This document shows positions 1-13,465 of a stretch of DNA of 64,000 nt, piece after piece. Numbering within the stretch: the first letter of the stretch is position 1; every line of letters begins with the position of its first letter. The stretch lies in contig OZ024740.1 in the NCBI GenBank assembly GCA_964016885.1, forward strand, positions 291,896,001-291,960,000. The letters are read 5' to 3'. The notes under the pieces are model-generated. The model had not been told where the DNA came from. It worked only from the letters and a program-made list of their open reading frames with translations, and made no database searches. The DNA is from Eledone cirrhosa (lineage: Eukaryota). Both the position numbers and the translations under genes were made by a program.

Positions 1-1117
1 ATAATACGCTAAGAATAATTTCCACATCAATGTATTTAATATTTGTATGTTTTTCTCTTTTATCCGAAATATAAAATACGATGCTGCTATTTTCTTCTAA
101 TCACATGTAATGTGATTAGAAATAGAGAAACCCTATAATTTATGTGGTTATTGACACGTTGAAGTGATTAAAAATAAGAATTAATTTCCATAATTTAATT
201 TATTTCTGGGATACAATTACTTAAATGTTAATGTTCAGCATATTAGAAATGACAAACAGGATAGTTTAACTTTTCAGAAATAACTATTTATGGGATGTGA
301 TTGGAAAACAAACTTGTATAAAATACTGTATAAATGTTAAGAGTTACAGACAGAGATATAAATATAGAAACACGTGGCGTATTATTATGGTCGATGTTCC
401 ATTCTTTAATATGAATGTAATCCAGAGAAGAAACCGAATTATAACTATTATTCTTATAAAAATATATAAAGCGCTGTGCAATCAAACAATTTAACACATT
501 TAAGTCTTATGATTTTAAACTAAAACTTCGCTGTATCGTCAAGGAAACAATAATATTGCTTTTGACATTCTTTAAAGTGTTTAATCTTTCAAAATACCAT
601 CACGCCGTCTTAATTATTCGTTACACCAGAGAAGAATGTTTGAATACAAACTAAACTTTTAAATTGAGCAGATTTATATGATGAAGAGCGTTCCAGCTGT
701 GACCACCCCCATCTTGTATATCTTGAACATTTTCTGGAAATCCTTCATATTGCGGTTGTAATCTAAAAAGAAATTACAAACCTTGACCCCAGAACAAAAC
801 ACACCATGAAATTTTCTAAAGAAACAATAATTCTTTAAATATGCATATGTGATGTCTAAGATCTCAACGAAGCCATAGGCTTAGCAGTAATCCTATGTAA
901 CTGAAAAGTATAGAGATTTTGATTGTATGTCAACAATTGTAATTACTAAGGAGGGGAAATTTTTCCGGAGATGCCTTCATAAAGATTATAAAGTTAACTC
1001 TAGAAATAATGTAGTAAAGAGAAAAATAACAGCTGTATTAACTCTAATCAAGAAAAGCAAGGGAGACAACTCTGAAATCATCTAATAAATGTTTAGCCTG
1101 AAAAAAGCTATTAGTCT

Positions 1118-1260
1118 CGTATGGCTGTGTAGTTAAGAAGTATACTTCACAACAGCATGGTTTCGAGTTTGATTCCACCGTCTAACACCTTGGGCAAGTG
1201 ATTTCTCCTAGATGACAATACATTGTGAGTGAATTTGCTTGGTAGAAACTGGAAACGTGC
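1118..1260 (+). mobile_element. tRNA-derived SINE with CORE-like CCTTGGGCAAGTG segment
   Basis: A-box TGGCTGTGTAGTTAAG and B-box-like GGTTTCGAGTTTGATTCC. Related copies at about 4375-4510, 48460-48600 and 52935-53080. A further SINE type lies at 14080-14200 and 34975-35120. Confidence 0.6.
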
Positions 1261-1654
1261 ATATTTGTCTCTGTCTTTACATTGAATATCACTTAGGTAG
1301 AGCCTTTCAACATGTGAATCAGTGGAACGAGAACCTTACTATAAAAATCCAGGGTTGACATCAGGAAGGACGTTTTGTTATAGAATACTGCCCCAAAATG
1401 TATTGTTCAACCCATGCCAGCATGCAAGAGCCGACTTAAAAAAGGGATTTCAATGATGTATGTGTATATCTTTCTGTAAACAACAAAAAAGCATTGCATT
1501 TTAAAGAAAATCTGCTTTATTTATTCTACATCAGGTTACAGATACTATTTCCATCATTCTCCAGTTGGAAATCTGAACTGAAAATGTTATTGCTCAGTTG
1601 TTCTATGAGAAAAATTAAAATAAACTGAAACATCAGCATCAAATTCTAGAAGGG

Positions 1655-1841
1655 ACTATGTTAATCTAGTCTTAATGTGCTATGTTAATCTAGTCTTAAT
1701 ATGCTGTTAACCTAGTCTTAATGTGGTATGTTAATCTAGTCTTAATGTGCTATGTTAATCTAGTCTTAATGTGCTATGTTGATCTAGTCTTAATGTGCTA
1801 TGTTGATCTAGTCTTAATGTGCTATGTTAATCTAGTCTTAG
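1655..1841. repeat. 24-bp minisatellite, about 8 copies
   Basis: Unit CTATGTTAATCTAGTCTTAATGTG. Confidence 0.9.
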
Positions 1842-2429
1842 TATTTGTATTGCTGCAAAGAAGCCATAACTGGAGGTGGATACAAGAAGATAACAGTACT
1901 TTAATCCCAGAAACATAGTAAATTCCGTCATCATTTATTGTCTATTTCCCGTGTTAGTTAGTGTTGGACAACTGATCACAGACCACATTGGTATTTAATT
2001 GGAGCTACCGACTTCTGAAGATTAGTAGGAAGCCTGCACCTTGCCCACATATGCTTCTGTCCTTCAGAGTGCACCAGGTGCATTTCATCATTGCATCAAC
2101 ACTAGGTAGGCTGTCATGTTTTCCTGACCCCTTGCTTGACAGGTTTTCCACGGCCAGATGCCCTTCCCATCACTAACCACCTCAGATTGAACCGGGTGTG
2201 CCAATCATGTCTGTATGAAAGGAAAACTGTCCTTTGGCCTGAATAAGATTTGGGCTAAATTATCTTTGAGGAAACTATGAAATAACAACAATTTATCATC
2301 ATCATCATCATCGTTTAATGTCCATCTTCCATCTATAGAATAGATTAGAAACCATTCTATGATATAGTCTACAGTGACATGATATTGTATTAAATTGTGC
2401 TGTGAAAACTGAGACACTTGTCCTCTCAA

Positions 2430-3047
2430 GGAAGCCTGCTCAGTGTGCAATCTACATGTGAATGGTTCCACTGAAGCAGGTGAAGAAGTTCATCTTGAGG
2501 CTGTGTCCACAAGTAAGGGAAGGCAGGAGGTTGAATTAAGTACAAGAATTGCAGGAGCTGGTGCAGTAATATGCCAGCTTCAACATTCGGTAATCACAAG
2601 AAGGGAGGTAGGTGTAAAAGCCAAACTTGCTATCTTCAATTCAGTATTCATGCCAACCCTTACCTATGGTCATGAATCCTGGGTAATAACCGAAAGAATA
2701 CGATTGCAAAATGGGGTTCCTCCTAAGGGTCTTTGGAGTAACGTTGATAGAGATCAGAGAGTCACCCCAAGTAGAGCTGCTACTTCTCCGAATTGAGAGA
2801 TCACAGCTCCGATATTACAGGCCTGTGGTTAGAATGTCTCAGAAAAGAACTGCTGGACAGATTTTATGGGCAAAACCAGCTGGCAGAAGACCCAGAGCAA
2901 GATGGTTGGATAACATCCATGAGCTGGTCTCACTTGGGGATCCAGTTGAATCAGTTGAAGTCGGTTGCTTCTGACAGGATCTGCTGGAAGGAGTGTTTGA
3001 GGACTCTGCCCCTATGACCCTCAAAGGAATAAATGGATGAAGAAGAT
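2430..3047 (+). mobile_element. Second RTE-like LINE family, 3' fragment (other copies 30510-31440 -, 43015-43350 -, 57320-57460 +)
   Basis: PTLTYGHESW, LLLRIERSQLR and GRRPRARW motifs. Shared 3' end with (GAA)n-like tail among copies. Confidence 0.8.
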
Positions 3048-4699
3048 TTAATATCAGTAGAAATGAAGATAAGTTGGATATGACCTGGTAAAACTTTAAG
3101 TAGCTGAACCTTAATAACCCTAGCATACAAATAATTAAAGTGAATCAAATGTGATTTAAAAACTATATTTTTTTAAAACCAAGCATCAACTGTCAGAGTT
3201 TGAAACCTTGATTTACAATTTCTGCAAAATTTTACACAGCGAGCACTATAAAAGTAATTTCTATAGCTATTCATTTTCTCTTCTGATTTCTTTATAAAAG
3301 CCATAGACCTTACAAATCCAATTTACATCTCTTTTGAATTCGACAAGTTTAGTGACCCATTAATGGATACTGAATATGACTGAGCAGAAATCCAACACTA
3401 TCACATTGTCCAAGATGCATTGTCTCCTCTCTGCCTTTTCTATAGTTAATACAACTGCTTATACTGTTCTGAACTAGTTAGGTACACACTAGCTCCACCA
3501 ACTTGTTTCCTTTTGTGTATTAACCTTAAATTCCTTCGGTGTCTACATTTTTTCTGCTAACTACAACTTGGAGAGCTGAAGCTGAGCATCACTGAACTGA
3601 TCTCACCAGTCTGAAAGAGTCAAAGAAAGTCATGGGCACTGTCCTTTCTGACTAAAACTTTTTTTTAAACGATCACTTTATTTGATATGTTTAAAATAAA
3701 AGATTTATAAAAATATTCCTGCATTCTTTCCACTTATATTGTGTCCAGTTATTTAGTTTATTTTAGTTCTTTTTTACATATCAAGCATTGTCTTAGTTTT
3801 ATAATTGTGAACATTTTTTTATATGCAGTGCAGGTTATTAGAAATTAGATATCTTATAGTGTCTAGTTAGGTTCTCATAATACAGTACAGTCAATAAATA
3901 CAACACTACTACTAGGTTGTCTATACTTTATATCACAGTAAATAGCACACCTCTAGGTTGTCTATACCTTATATCACATCATTGTCAATAAGTATAATAG
4001 TATTAGGTTGAGTTCACCTACGTTTAATAGATACAGCACCACTAAGTTGACTTTACCTGATACTACATTATAGTCAATAAATACCACGCTGTTAGGTTTA
4101 CACTTATATAACATTATAGTCAATAATACGTGGTCAACATAGTCAATGTGTTCAAATGCCTTCATAGAAAAATATTGTCTTGCAATGAAAAGATATTTAT
4201 TAGAATGATGAGATTGCAAACAGCTAAAAAATGAATTGTAAGTTCAAATATTTTCTGAGTAACATAAGTAGTCATTGAATTTACTTAATTAACTATACAC
4301 ATCATACCTAATTAACTATACACTTCATACATAAGCAATTAGCTTTTATACCTTATCAAACTATATTACAAGAGGTCATGGCTGTGTGGTTTAGAAATTT
4401 GCTTCTAAAGCATATAGTCTTTGGTTTGGTTCTGCTGTGGGGCATCTTAGACAAGTGTTTTCTGCTATGTGAGGGAAATTGGTAGATGGGAAATCTGTGG
4501 AAACCCATCATCAGTATGTATATGTTTGTTTATGTCTTCACCTCCACACTTACTATCATTTAGTTTTATTTTCTTGGCTTATTTTTCTTTTATTAATATT
4601 GGGTTTTGTTTTGAGGGAGGATTTGTGCTCATAGCTTTGGAAGACCTTCCAAAACTGGTAATATTGATGCAATTACCATTCTTCTTAAACAGGTGGGGT

Positions 4700-5170
4700 G
4701 CAGAGGATGCACATTCTTGAAGGGAAGCACTAGGTGTGTTGGTTTGTTGAATTTGGTGGGATGAATAATAGGGGTGATGAGAGGAGGAGATAAGAGTGAA
4801 TTAGGTATGCCTAGATGAAGGTGGCATGAGACCAACCAGCTCTAAATAGCAGAAACTACTGCAGTAGTGGTAGAGTTGGAAGTAAGCGACTCCATGCTAG
4901 TCAGTAGGGTGTCCTTTCTTTGGATTGGGTCAAGGATGTTTCTGTGTGGGTGTGTGTAACAGCAGCACTTCATTGAATGTGTCACATAAGTTTTGCAAAG
5001 GGTTTCTAGTTGCTGAAAGCTGAAATATTTTCTGGCCTTGAAAGGTAAGGCCAATCTTTGGTACATTGAGTATGTGTGTTTGCCAGGAGAGATCCTTAGT
5101 GATAGTGAGGCCTAGCATTTGTAGTCACCTTGAGGATGCTAGTTGCCTGCTGCTCATGTTTGAAGTAGGA
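4700..5170 (-). mobile_element. Degenerate CR1/Jockey-like LINE 3' fragment
   Basis: LGLTITKDLSWQTHI and LDPIQRK-like remnants. Confidence 0.5.
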
Positions 5171-5267
5171 AATTATACCCAAAATGCTAGGATATACACA
5201 GGAAAGGTGGCTGTTTTTCTGTGTGCCAGGTGCCATTTAATCCATGTCAGCATTTGCAATATATACA

Positions 5268-6240
5268 GAGGAACGAAGCTTGCATGCTCCGCTGGATGTG
5301 TAACAGTAATATACGTGAACGGCAAAGCATAAACGAACTAAGGAATAAATTAGAGATAAGAGGGATCAGATGTTGTTTACTCGAGAGAAGGCTACGTTGG
5401 TATGGACACGTGATGCGCATGAAGGTCGATAGCTGTATAACAAAGTGCAGGGCAATAAAGATAGACGGTAGTCACGGAATAGGCAGACCTAGAAAAACCT
5501 GGGACGAGCTGATAAACTCCGACATCACACACTTACACCTCTCCAAGACAATGTCACTGGACCGAGACCTTTGGCGGTACTCAGTAACAGAGAAGACCCG
5601 CCTTACCTAAATATATAGTAAAACCTACTCCAGCCAGTAGGCATCTCTAACAAATACACCCCGTCCCACCACCCCCACCCGATCCACACCACCCCGTTCT
5701 ACGTAAAGTTATGTTGGTGCCGCGCCATCGAGGCCGAAACAAATGAGATCGTGTAGGTGTCACGACAAAAAAACACACAGTCCACGCTGTAATGTGGCCG
5801 TGTAGGCAACACGGTAAAAACCTCCCAGACCCACACTGTAAATGTGGTTGGTGTTAGGAAGGGCATCCAACTGTAGAAAACCTGCCAGACAGTCCTATGC
5901 GAGCAAGACAATCACTCTTGCCTCAAGTGGGACTACCCCCGTCCAAACCCATGCAAGCGTGGAACACGGACGTTAAACGTTGATGATGATGATGATGATG
6001 ATGATGATATAGCAAAGAGTCAGGACCCGACAGCTGAGCGCTTCCCATTTCAACAGCTAGTTCCAGATATATGTATATATAAATGTAAATGTGGTTGGTG
6101 TTAGGAAGGGCATCCAACTGTAGAAAACCTGCCAGACAGTCCTATGCGAGCAAGACAATCACTCTTGCCTCAAGTGGGACTACCCCTGTCCAAACCCATG
6201 CAAGCGTGGAACACGGACGTTAAACGTTGATGATGATGAT
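5268..6240 (+). mobile_element. 3' fragment of the same RTE family, with a duplicated 3' UTR end (about 6085-6240)
   Basis: Near-identical to 12322-13050. Two (GAT)n tails. Confidence 0.9.
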
Positions 6241-6883
6241 AAATATATGTGCATCTCTCTCTCTCTCTTGCTATATATATATATATATAAAAATAAGATT
6301 TTTTTTCACATGAGTGAAGTTGAAAATGTACATGGAATTTTTAAGAAGATATATTTACATTAACTGGTTTCATAATTTCATAATTTTCTCAAAGTTATGG
6401 AATTGGGCAAGAGATATGGTATTATACTGCAACTGTCTCACCTCTGGCCAGAATTTGAAAATTTGTTAATTTTTATAGAGAGAATGACTTAAATTACTAT
6501 TTGTTTAAGATTCAGTTTTATAGGTTAATAATGATGGTCATGAGATCACTTGTAAAATTTTGTTTGTTCCTCATGAAGTGTATTAGGGTCTTGTAACAAT
6601 ACAGGAGATTATTGTGTCAAAAATAAAGGGTGTTCGGGTTCAGTAAATGTATTATGTGACAGTCAAAAGTCAAGGCAGTGTAAATTTAGTGAATGTGTTT
6701 TATTATATTGCCATGTTTTATATTATACTATTAATTTTAGAAACAGGTGTTCAGGAATTCAAACTGTATAGTTTTTTCACTTTGATTTATGAAATCATTG
6801 TATATTTATTATATCATCTTTTCCTCTTTGTTTATTATTAGATGGAACATTGAAGTTAGAAAATATATTTCAGAAGATAAGAA

Positions 6884-8442
6884 ATGGCTTCAATAACCAA
6901 CAGATTCACTGATGTTAATCTCACTGATTATATGGATGTTGTTACTACATATAAGTGCCGTTTCTGTAATTTCTCTTGCAACCAGCCTCAAGAGATGGGT
7001 GTACATGTTCGTAATGTACACATAAAAAAATCTCTTTCGAAAATAAGCACTGATGCAAATACACAAGATATTGAACCGATTGAAAATTCTGCAGGTGATG
7101 TCACCATTGAAGAAGAGACAATACCAAATTTAACTAAAACTCCATCCGTAACCATTTCTCAAGAAACATCTACATTATCAGATGTAGAATCTGTTTCTAT
7201 GATTGAAAAATCTGATGCTGGGTCATTGATTGAATTAACATCCAATAATCAACAAGTTATTTTTACTCAAGCTTCTTTAAATGAACCACAAATTATTCCA
7301 ACCCACAGTGATATTTTAACACCTGGAAATATCTTACCATCTTACATTCATTTAGAAGCTCCAACACCTGTTGAAGACTCACTGGCTTTTGTTAATGAAT
7401 CTGAAATTAATTCAAAAACAATTAATCAGTTTTCTGTGGCTTCTTCTGACAATGATTTATCTGAAGCTCAAATAGAAGAGGAAGATGTTTTAACAAGAGA
7501 ACTGTTTCTGTGTGGTCAATGTAGAATAGGATTTAACAGTATTGAAGAATGTAAAGCTCATATGGTACAAGTTCACAATATTTTACCGGAGAAGGAAGAT
7601 AGTCAATTAACAGGTGAAACTGTTAATAGAGTCAGTGTTGGAACTCAAGTTACATCTACTAAAAAAAAGCCAGGTAGAAAACGGAAAAACCCATTACCTC
7701 AGAGGTCCTCTTCACCTGTTTCAGATAAAGACTGGGAGGAAGATGAAAATAGTGAATGGTATTCACGGAAAGGACGCAATCATAGAAAAATTCGTCCACC
7801 AAAAGCTCTTAAAGAAGATTATTATTTAGGTAAAAAGAAACGAAAGAACAAAGAGACCAATATTCTTACAGAAGGCTACAATCTGAAGTGTAGTGTACAA
7901 GGCTGTTTTGCCAAGTTTAAAAAAGACCAAAGTTTAAAGATTCACAGTACTTGCCACAAAAAAGAAGCAGAAAGGTCATTCTTTGAATGTAATGTATGCG
8001 CTGTTGAATTTCTTCTCTGGAAACATCTTAGAATGCATCTTTGGCGTTATCATTCAATTGATACTGATCTTTTTGCATGTGAAAACTGTGAGTTCAAGAC
8101 AGATACTATCCACAAATTACTGATTCATAAAGAAATTCATAGTGACCAAAGGCCATACACTTGTGATGTATGTTGGAAAGGTTTTAAGCAATTCAGTCAG
8201 ATGAGGAATCATCAAATGATCCATGCAGAACACCAATCAAATGATGCTGATCGTTGGTATACCACTAAACAGTGTGATATTTGCAAACGGACCTTTGCTA
8301 ATCAAAAGTGTTTAAGTAAACATGTTCAAGCTGTCCATAGTAAAATCAAACCATATGTCTGTCCATACTGTGGTCATTCAACAGCACGTAAAGCTATGTT
8401 ACAGTTACATCTACGTATCCACACTGGGGAAAAGCCATTCAA
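6884..8442 (+). CDS. C2H2 zinc-finger protein, coding exon 1 (8 fingers, AT-hook/NLS-like KKKPGRKRK)
   Basis: 520-codon ORF with repeated CxxC...HxxxH fingers and an HTGEKPF linker. It ends at the donor AA|GTAAGT (intron starts 8443, phase 2). Upstream acceptor-like pyrimidine tract and AG at 6840-6841, then an in-frame ATG-GAA-CAT-TGA, so ATG 6884 is the likely start. Confidence 0.92.
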
Positions 8443-8695
8443 GTAAGTTTATTTACATATCAAATTATTCTTTTATTTATTTATTTGATCTTCTACTGGT
8501 TTCAGTCATTGGACTTTGCCCATGCTGGAGTGTCATCTTCAAGCATTTTAGTCAATTATATCAACCCCAGTATTTTGTCTGGTGCATATTTTATCAAATG
8601 GCTGAGTTCACCTTTGGTGAAAATCTATGTAACTCGCTACATAAATATAACAAGGCTTGTTGAGAAAACAATTATTAGAAGTATTTGATCTCTGC

Positions 8696-9136
8696 CGGAG
8701 TTGGGGAAACCTTTTCTTCTTGAAAGGCCGCATTAAGTTACTTGTAATATAATAAGGCTGCTTCAAGAAAACATAATTATATATTCTTAAAATCTACTAT
8801 GTACTAATTATCTAAAAACCGAAAAAACTTAATTTTAAAGCTAACTACCTTTTTAATGACTTCGTTGTGACTGCTTGTTGTAGGAAAGCATTTTGATATT
8901 TGGTTGCAACATTTAAGATTTACTAATATTTTAATTCTGGTTGTCTGTCTGTGGAATATTTCGTTGAGTTTTCTTTCACTCTTTGGTAGTTAAAATTCAT
9001 TTATCTTATTGTTTAAATTAAAATAATAAGAGATAGACAACAATATATAAATAAAAATTAAAAATTTGTTAGAAATTTTTGGTTCTTTCAAAAGGCTGCA
9101 CAGAATGGCATAGAAGGCTGCAGCTCCTCCATCACT
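8696..9136. mobile_element. Possible old hAT MITE
   Basis: Degenerate GC-rich ends (..GTTGGGGAAACC..GGCCGC / GGCTGCAGCTCCTCCATCACTG) and imperfect 8-bp flanks ATCTCTGC/ATCTATGT. Confidence 0.4.
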
Positions 9137-9909
9137 GATCTATGTTTTCAAAATTGATAGATAGTAAGTGTGAAAGAGTGCTAAGTCATGTGGGTTTGGT
9201 AGCAAGTGTTGGTTAAGGGTGAAGAAATTAGAAAGTTTAGTTTTCATTTTCAATTTACATCCTCTTTTCTATTGTGGCATAGGGTTAGCTTTGTGGATGA
9301 AAATCTAAACTATAATAAAGCAAGGGCTGCGGGACTGCGTACGGTTTATTTCTTTTAATCCAGTTCGTAAAATAAGTTGGATTACTTTGAATAAATAATG
9401 TATGAATATTACATAATTTATGTGCTAAATTTCATAAACGAATAATTTCATAAAAATAAATAATCTAAAATTGACTTCTTTTCAAAGTTGCACTTCTGGT
9501 ATATCGTCGCCACCACCACTTCAACTACCATATATATAGAAAGAGAGAGTGTGTGATTAGAGAGATTATGATTTTCTACACACTGACGCATATGAGTGTG
9601 CACATACATACATCTATATGTATGAGTATATAACTATTAAGAGTATATAACTATTATGAGTATATAACTATAAAGACTTATAAAAATACACATTCATGGA
9701 CATAATCCACACAAATACACATACATTCACATATACTTTCATACAAACATACATACATTCACACATATACATTTACACAAACACACACATACAGTCATGA
9801 TAGCGTCAGTTTAATTTGAAATGGGAGGGTAAAACAAGTATAACATATTATTTATTTATTAACTCTTTATTTATTTATTAACTTTTTTTTTTAAACTCAT
9901 TTAATATAA

Positions 9910-10419
9910 CTAGCAGAAAATCCACCCTTCGGGTGGTTTACTGCTGGCATGTGTAGTGTAATACGTTACAAAATGACGATATTATATATCTGCTAGCATG
10001 TATAGTGTGTATATTGATATTATACGCAAGTATATATGCATGTAGATATGATCAAATAAAATCGTAATTGACAATATACACTGTGTTACACTGTCTTATG
10101 TAATCAGTAACGTAATCCATGATACATTAAAAAATACGATATTATATATAAACTGCATTAGGAGAAAATTAGTCACACAAATATATGAATATTTATTTAA
10201 ACGATCGCTAACCAGAAGTGTTGACATTTGAAAATTTTAAAGAAGTGAATCTTTAAATAAGTAATAAAATATATTTAAGGAACAGCCACGAAATTTAGTA
10301 GATAAATGATGTAATATTCATTCATTATCTATTCAAAGTAATTCAACTTATTTTACTAAGGGTATAAAAAATTATAAACCGTACACAGTCCTGCACATCT
10401 TACTTTATTATAGTTTAGA
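9910..10419 (-). mobile_element. Non-autonomous Helitron
   Basis: Minus-strand A|TCTAAACTATAATAAAG 5' end and 3' hairpin AACCACCCGAAGGGTGGATT followed by CTAG|T. Second copy at 61022-61477. Confidence 0.8.
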
Positions 10420-10512
10420 TTATGCACTGTTGTACGCCCATTGATTAGATATATATAAATTATGTCTGATGCAGACACACACATATATATATATATTTAT
10501 ATATACACACAA

Positions 10513-13050
10513 TATAGAGGAACAGTGGGAATTTCTGAAAGCAAACCTGCTGATGGTGGCAGACGAAGTCTGTGGCTGGAGCAGGCCTATAGGCAGGAGG
10601 AGAGTAACGTGGTGGTGGAACAGTAAGGTGGAGGAGTCAATTAAGGCCAAAAAGCAGGCTTGGAAAGTATGGCGGGATGGGGGAAGTAGAGAAGACTATC
10701 AAGTGGCCAGGAGGGAAGCTAGGAGACAAGTGTACTTCACAAGAAGGGAAGCAGAGGAAAGAAAGTTCAAGCATGTTCTACAACGCGAGGACCAAAAACG
10801 CGAGGTGTTCAGGATTGCTAGGCAATGTGTCAAGGAAAACCGTGATATTGTCGGGGAGAAGTGTGTCCTTAATGATGATGGCGTACTTAACATCACTGAC
10901 GCTGATAAGAAGGTAGCTTGGAAGTGTCACTACGAAAGGCTACTAAATGAGGATAATAAATGGGAGAAAGACAGTCTCCCCCACATCGATCCAATAGAGG
11001 GACCAGCAGTGTTAGTCGAAGGTAGTATAATAAGTAAGGCAATCAAAGATATGAAGACGGGTAAGGTGGCTGGGCCTTCGGAAATAGTTGCTGAAATGCT
11101 GAAAGCTTCTGGATGGTGGGATACACCATGGTCACCCGGATAGTAAACCAAGTCATACAGAATGGGGTTGTTCCGAAGGACTGGCGTAACAGCATTATCA
11201 TTAACTGCTACAAGGGTAAAGGAGATGCCCTAGATAGGGGTAACTATAGAGGCATTAAATTAATCGACCAGGTCATGAAGGTCACAGAAAAAGTAATAGC
11301 GCAACTAATCAGAGAGCGAATTGATCTAGATGAAATGCAGTTCGGGTTTGTGTCAGGTAAAAGTACCACAGACGCTCTTTTCATTGTACGACAACTACAG
11401 GAGAAGTACCTAGCTAAAAGTAAACCCCTATACTTAATTTTTGTCGACTTGGAGAAAGCCTTTGACAGAGTCTCCCGTTCCATTATCTGGTGGGCTCTTA
11501 GAAAACTAGGTGTTGATGAATGGCTTGTGAGAGCTATACAAGCCATGTATAAAGAAACAGTCAGCAAGGTTAGAATTAACAACGAATATAGTGAAGAGTT
11601 TAACGTAAAAGTTGTTCATCAGGGCTCCGTTCTTAGCCCCCTACTATTTATTATTGCCCTTCAGGCTATAACAGTGGAGTTCAAGACCGGCTGCCCATGG
11701 GAACTCCTATATGCAGATGATCTAACGCTCATAGCTGAATCAATGGCTGAACTAGAGAAGAAATTCCAAACATGGAAGCATGGCCTAGAATCAAAAGGCC
11801 TTAAAATTAACCTGTCTAAGACTAAAGTTCTAGTTTGTAGGAAGGAAAATAGGGGACCGGTTCCATCCGGGAAATGGCCATGCTCAGTGTGTAGGAAAGG
11901 AGTAGGTAGAAACTCCATTTTATGTCCCAAATGCAAAGTATGGGTGCATAAAAGATGTAGTGGGATCACAGGTAAGCTAACTAAGAACATAGTTTTATAT
12001 GTGGCCGGTGCTCTGGTGCAATAAGTAGCAGCAAGTGCCCACAGAATACTAGCTCATTCCATTGCACAGATGGTTCTATAGAAATAGTGGACACCTTCCG
12101 TTACTTGGGTGACAAAATCAGCAGTGGTGGAGGGTGCTCTGAAAGTACAGTAGCTAGAGTCAGAACTGGATGGAAAAAGTTCAGAGAGCTTATACCACTA
12201 TTAGTCGCTAAAGGGTTTTCTCTAAAAATGAAAGGCAGGCTGTATGATGCCTGCATACGAACAGCAATGTTACATGGCAGTGAGACCTGGGCATTGTGTG
12301 CAGAGGATATACGCAGACTGGAGAGGAACGAAGCTTGCATGCTCCGCTGGATGTGTAATAGTAATATACGTGAACGGCAAAGCATAAACGAACTAAGAGA
12401 AAAATTAGAAATAAGAGGGATCAGATGTTGTTTACTTGAGAGAAGACTACGTTGGTGTGGTCACGTGATGTGCATGAAAGACGATAGCTGTATAAAAAAG
12501 TGCAGGGCAATAAAAATAGACGGTAGCCACGGAGTAGGCAGACCCAGAAAAACCTGGGACGACTTGATAAATTCCGACCTTACACACTTACACCTCTCCA
12601 AGACAATGTCACTGGACCAAGATCTTTGGCGCTACACAGTAATAGAGAAGACCCGCCTTACCTAAGTACAAAGTGAAACCTACTACAGTCAGTAGGCACC
12701 TCTAACAAAAATACACCCCCGTCCCACTACCCCTACCCCATCCACACCACCCCTTTCAATGTAAAGTTATGTTGGTACCACAACATCCAGTCCGAAACAA
12801 ATGAGGTCGTGTAGGTGTCACGACAAAAAAACACAGTCCACACTGTAATGTAGCCATGTAGGTAGCACGGTAAAAACCTCCCAGTTCCACACTGTAAACG
12901 TGGTTGGTGTTAGGAAGGGCATCCAGCCGTAGAAAACCCGCCAGACAGTCCTATGCGAGCAAGGCAACCACTCTTGCCTCAAGTAGGAAAACTCCCGTCC
13001 AAACCCATGCAAGCGTGGAAGATGGACGTTAAACGATGATGATGATGATG
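10513..13050 (+). mobile_element. 5'-truncated RTE-clade LINE (RT, PHD-like finger, C-terminal domain, 3' UTR, (GAT)n tail)
   Basis: Motifs NYRGIKL, QFGF, FVDLEKAFDRV, QGSVLSPLLF, LLYADD, HGSETW and GRPRKTW. Frameshifts near 11110 and 11995. Lies in the ZNF intron. Confidence 0.92.
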
Positions 13051-13219
13051 ACACACGCACATACATACCAAACCACACAAATCGTCTTCCGGAGTTAGTG
13101 AAGCTATTATTAATCCTCCTCAGGTGAAGTAACTTGTAAATTCTTCGTAATCCATGAAATGCAATAATACATCTAACGGATACACACACATATATCTATT
13201 CATACATAGACATATATAT

Positions 13220-13465
13220 AGGCGAAGTCTGGTCTGAAGTGCGCATGTGTGAAGGCCAGTCTGAAGTGCGCATGCGTGAAGGCCGGTCCGTACAGTGCAT
13301 GTGTGAAGGCCGGTCCATACTGCGTATGCGCGAAGGCCGGTCCGAAGTTTGCATGCGCGAATGCTGGTCCAGAGTGCGCATGTGGAAGGCTAGTCCGAAG
13401 TGCGCATGCACGAAGGCTGATCCGTACTGCGCATACACGAAGGCAGGTCCATACTGCACATGCGC
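13220..13465. repeat. 27-bp GC-rich minisatellite, about 9 copies
   Basis: Unit approximately GAAGGCCGGTCCGAAGTGCGCATGCGC. Flanked by an approximately 130-bp direct duplication (13060-13190 / 13490-13615). Confidence 0.88.

Noticed and set aside
1536-1625. Possible terminal exon (acceptor, VTDTISIILQLEI*, AATAAA)
   Set aside because: Too short and unsupported; such signals arise by chance in AT-rich DNA.
6884-8446. Treating the 520-aa and 305-aa ZNF ORFs as two genes
   Set aside because: The TAA at 8444 lies inside the GTAAGT donor, and the phase-matched splice yields a continuous linker plus finger.
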